Notes under the pieces: model-generated
What the model was told of the DNA's origin: nothing
Seen by the model: the letters and a program-made list of their open reading frames with translations, nothing else
The model's database searches: none
Made by a program: the position numbers and the translations under genes
Part shown: positions 63,988 to 64,000 of the stretch, one piece after another
Layout of the letters: every line of letters starts with the position of its first letter
Numbering within the stretch: the first letter of the stretch is position 1
Origin: Luteimonas sp.
GTDB lineage: Bacteria; Pseudomonadota; Gammaproteobacteria; Xanthomonadales; Xanthomonadaceae
DNA length: 64,000 bases
Reading direction: 5' to 3'
NCBI GenBank assembly: GCA_045810015.1
Contig: JBJMWR010000024.1
Location: forward strand, 48,174 to 112,173

Positions 63988-64000
63988 GGCATCGCGCGGA

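Overview
The window is 64 kb of a visibly high-GC gammaproteobacterial chromosome (GC not computed). Gene order matches Xanthomonadales/Lysobacterales-type genomes: alaS-csrA-tRNASer-tRNAArg; bcp-gcvR/dapA-lipoprotein; pcnB-folK-panBCD-pgi; queG/nnr-tsaE-amidase-mutL; asd-fimV-truA-trpF; trpI-like/trpBA-accD; tpiA-secG-tRNALeu-nuoABCDE. I call 62 protein-coding genes, one probable decayed integrase fragment, 4 tRNAs, several intrinsic terminators, three promoter candidates and one operator candidate, and three REP-like structured intergenic elements. Genes are tightly packed and many junctions overlap by 1-8 nt (ATGA/GTGA). I see no CRISPR array, no intact IS, transposon or prophage, and no recognisable defence, toxin-antitoxin or secondary-metabolite island. 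Almost all of the window is core housekeeping DNA, and I do not find a convincing novel multi-gene system. The features most worth a second look are listed below.
- A 505-bp untranslated region upstream of a solitary TonB-dependent receptor ends in a terminator-like hairpin just before the RBS. This may be an unclassified attenuator or riboswitch.
- An orphan cysteine-containing secreted-protein ORF with atypical codon usage sits, with overlapping stop/start codons, between a DUF853 (YjgR/HerA-like) ATPase gene and greB.
- A frameshifted tyrosine-recombinase remnant lies beside a synteny break where accD overlaps glmM.
- The trpA-accD spacer is structured and carries two palindromes.
- A 15-nt exact copy of the tRNA-Ser 3' end lies 8.7 kb from the tRNA itself.
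All functional calls come from reading motifs in the supplied translations. No database search was run.
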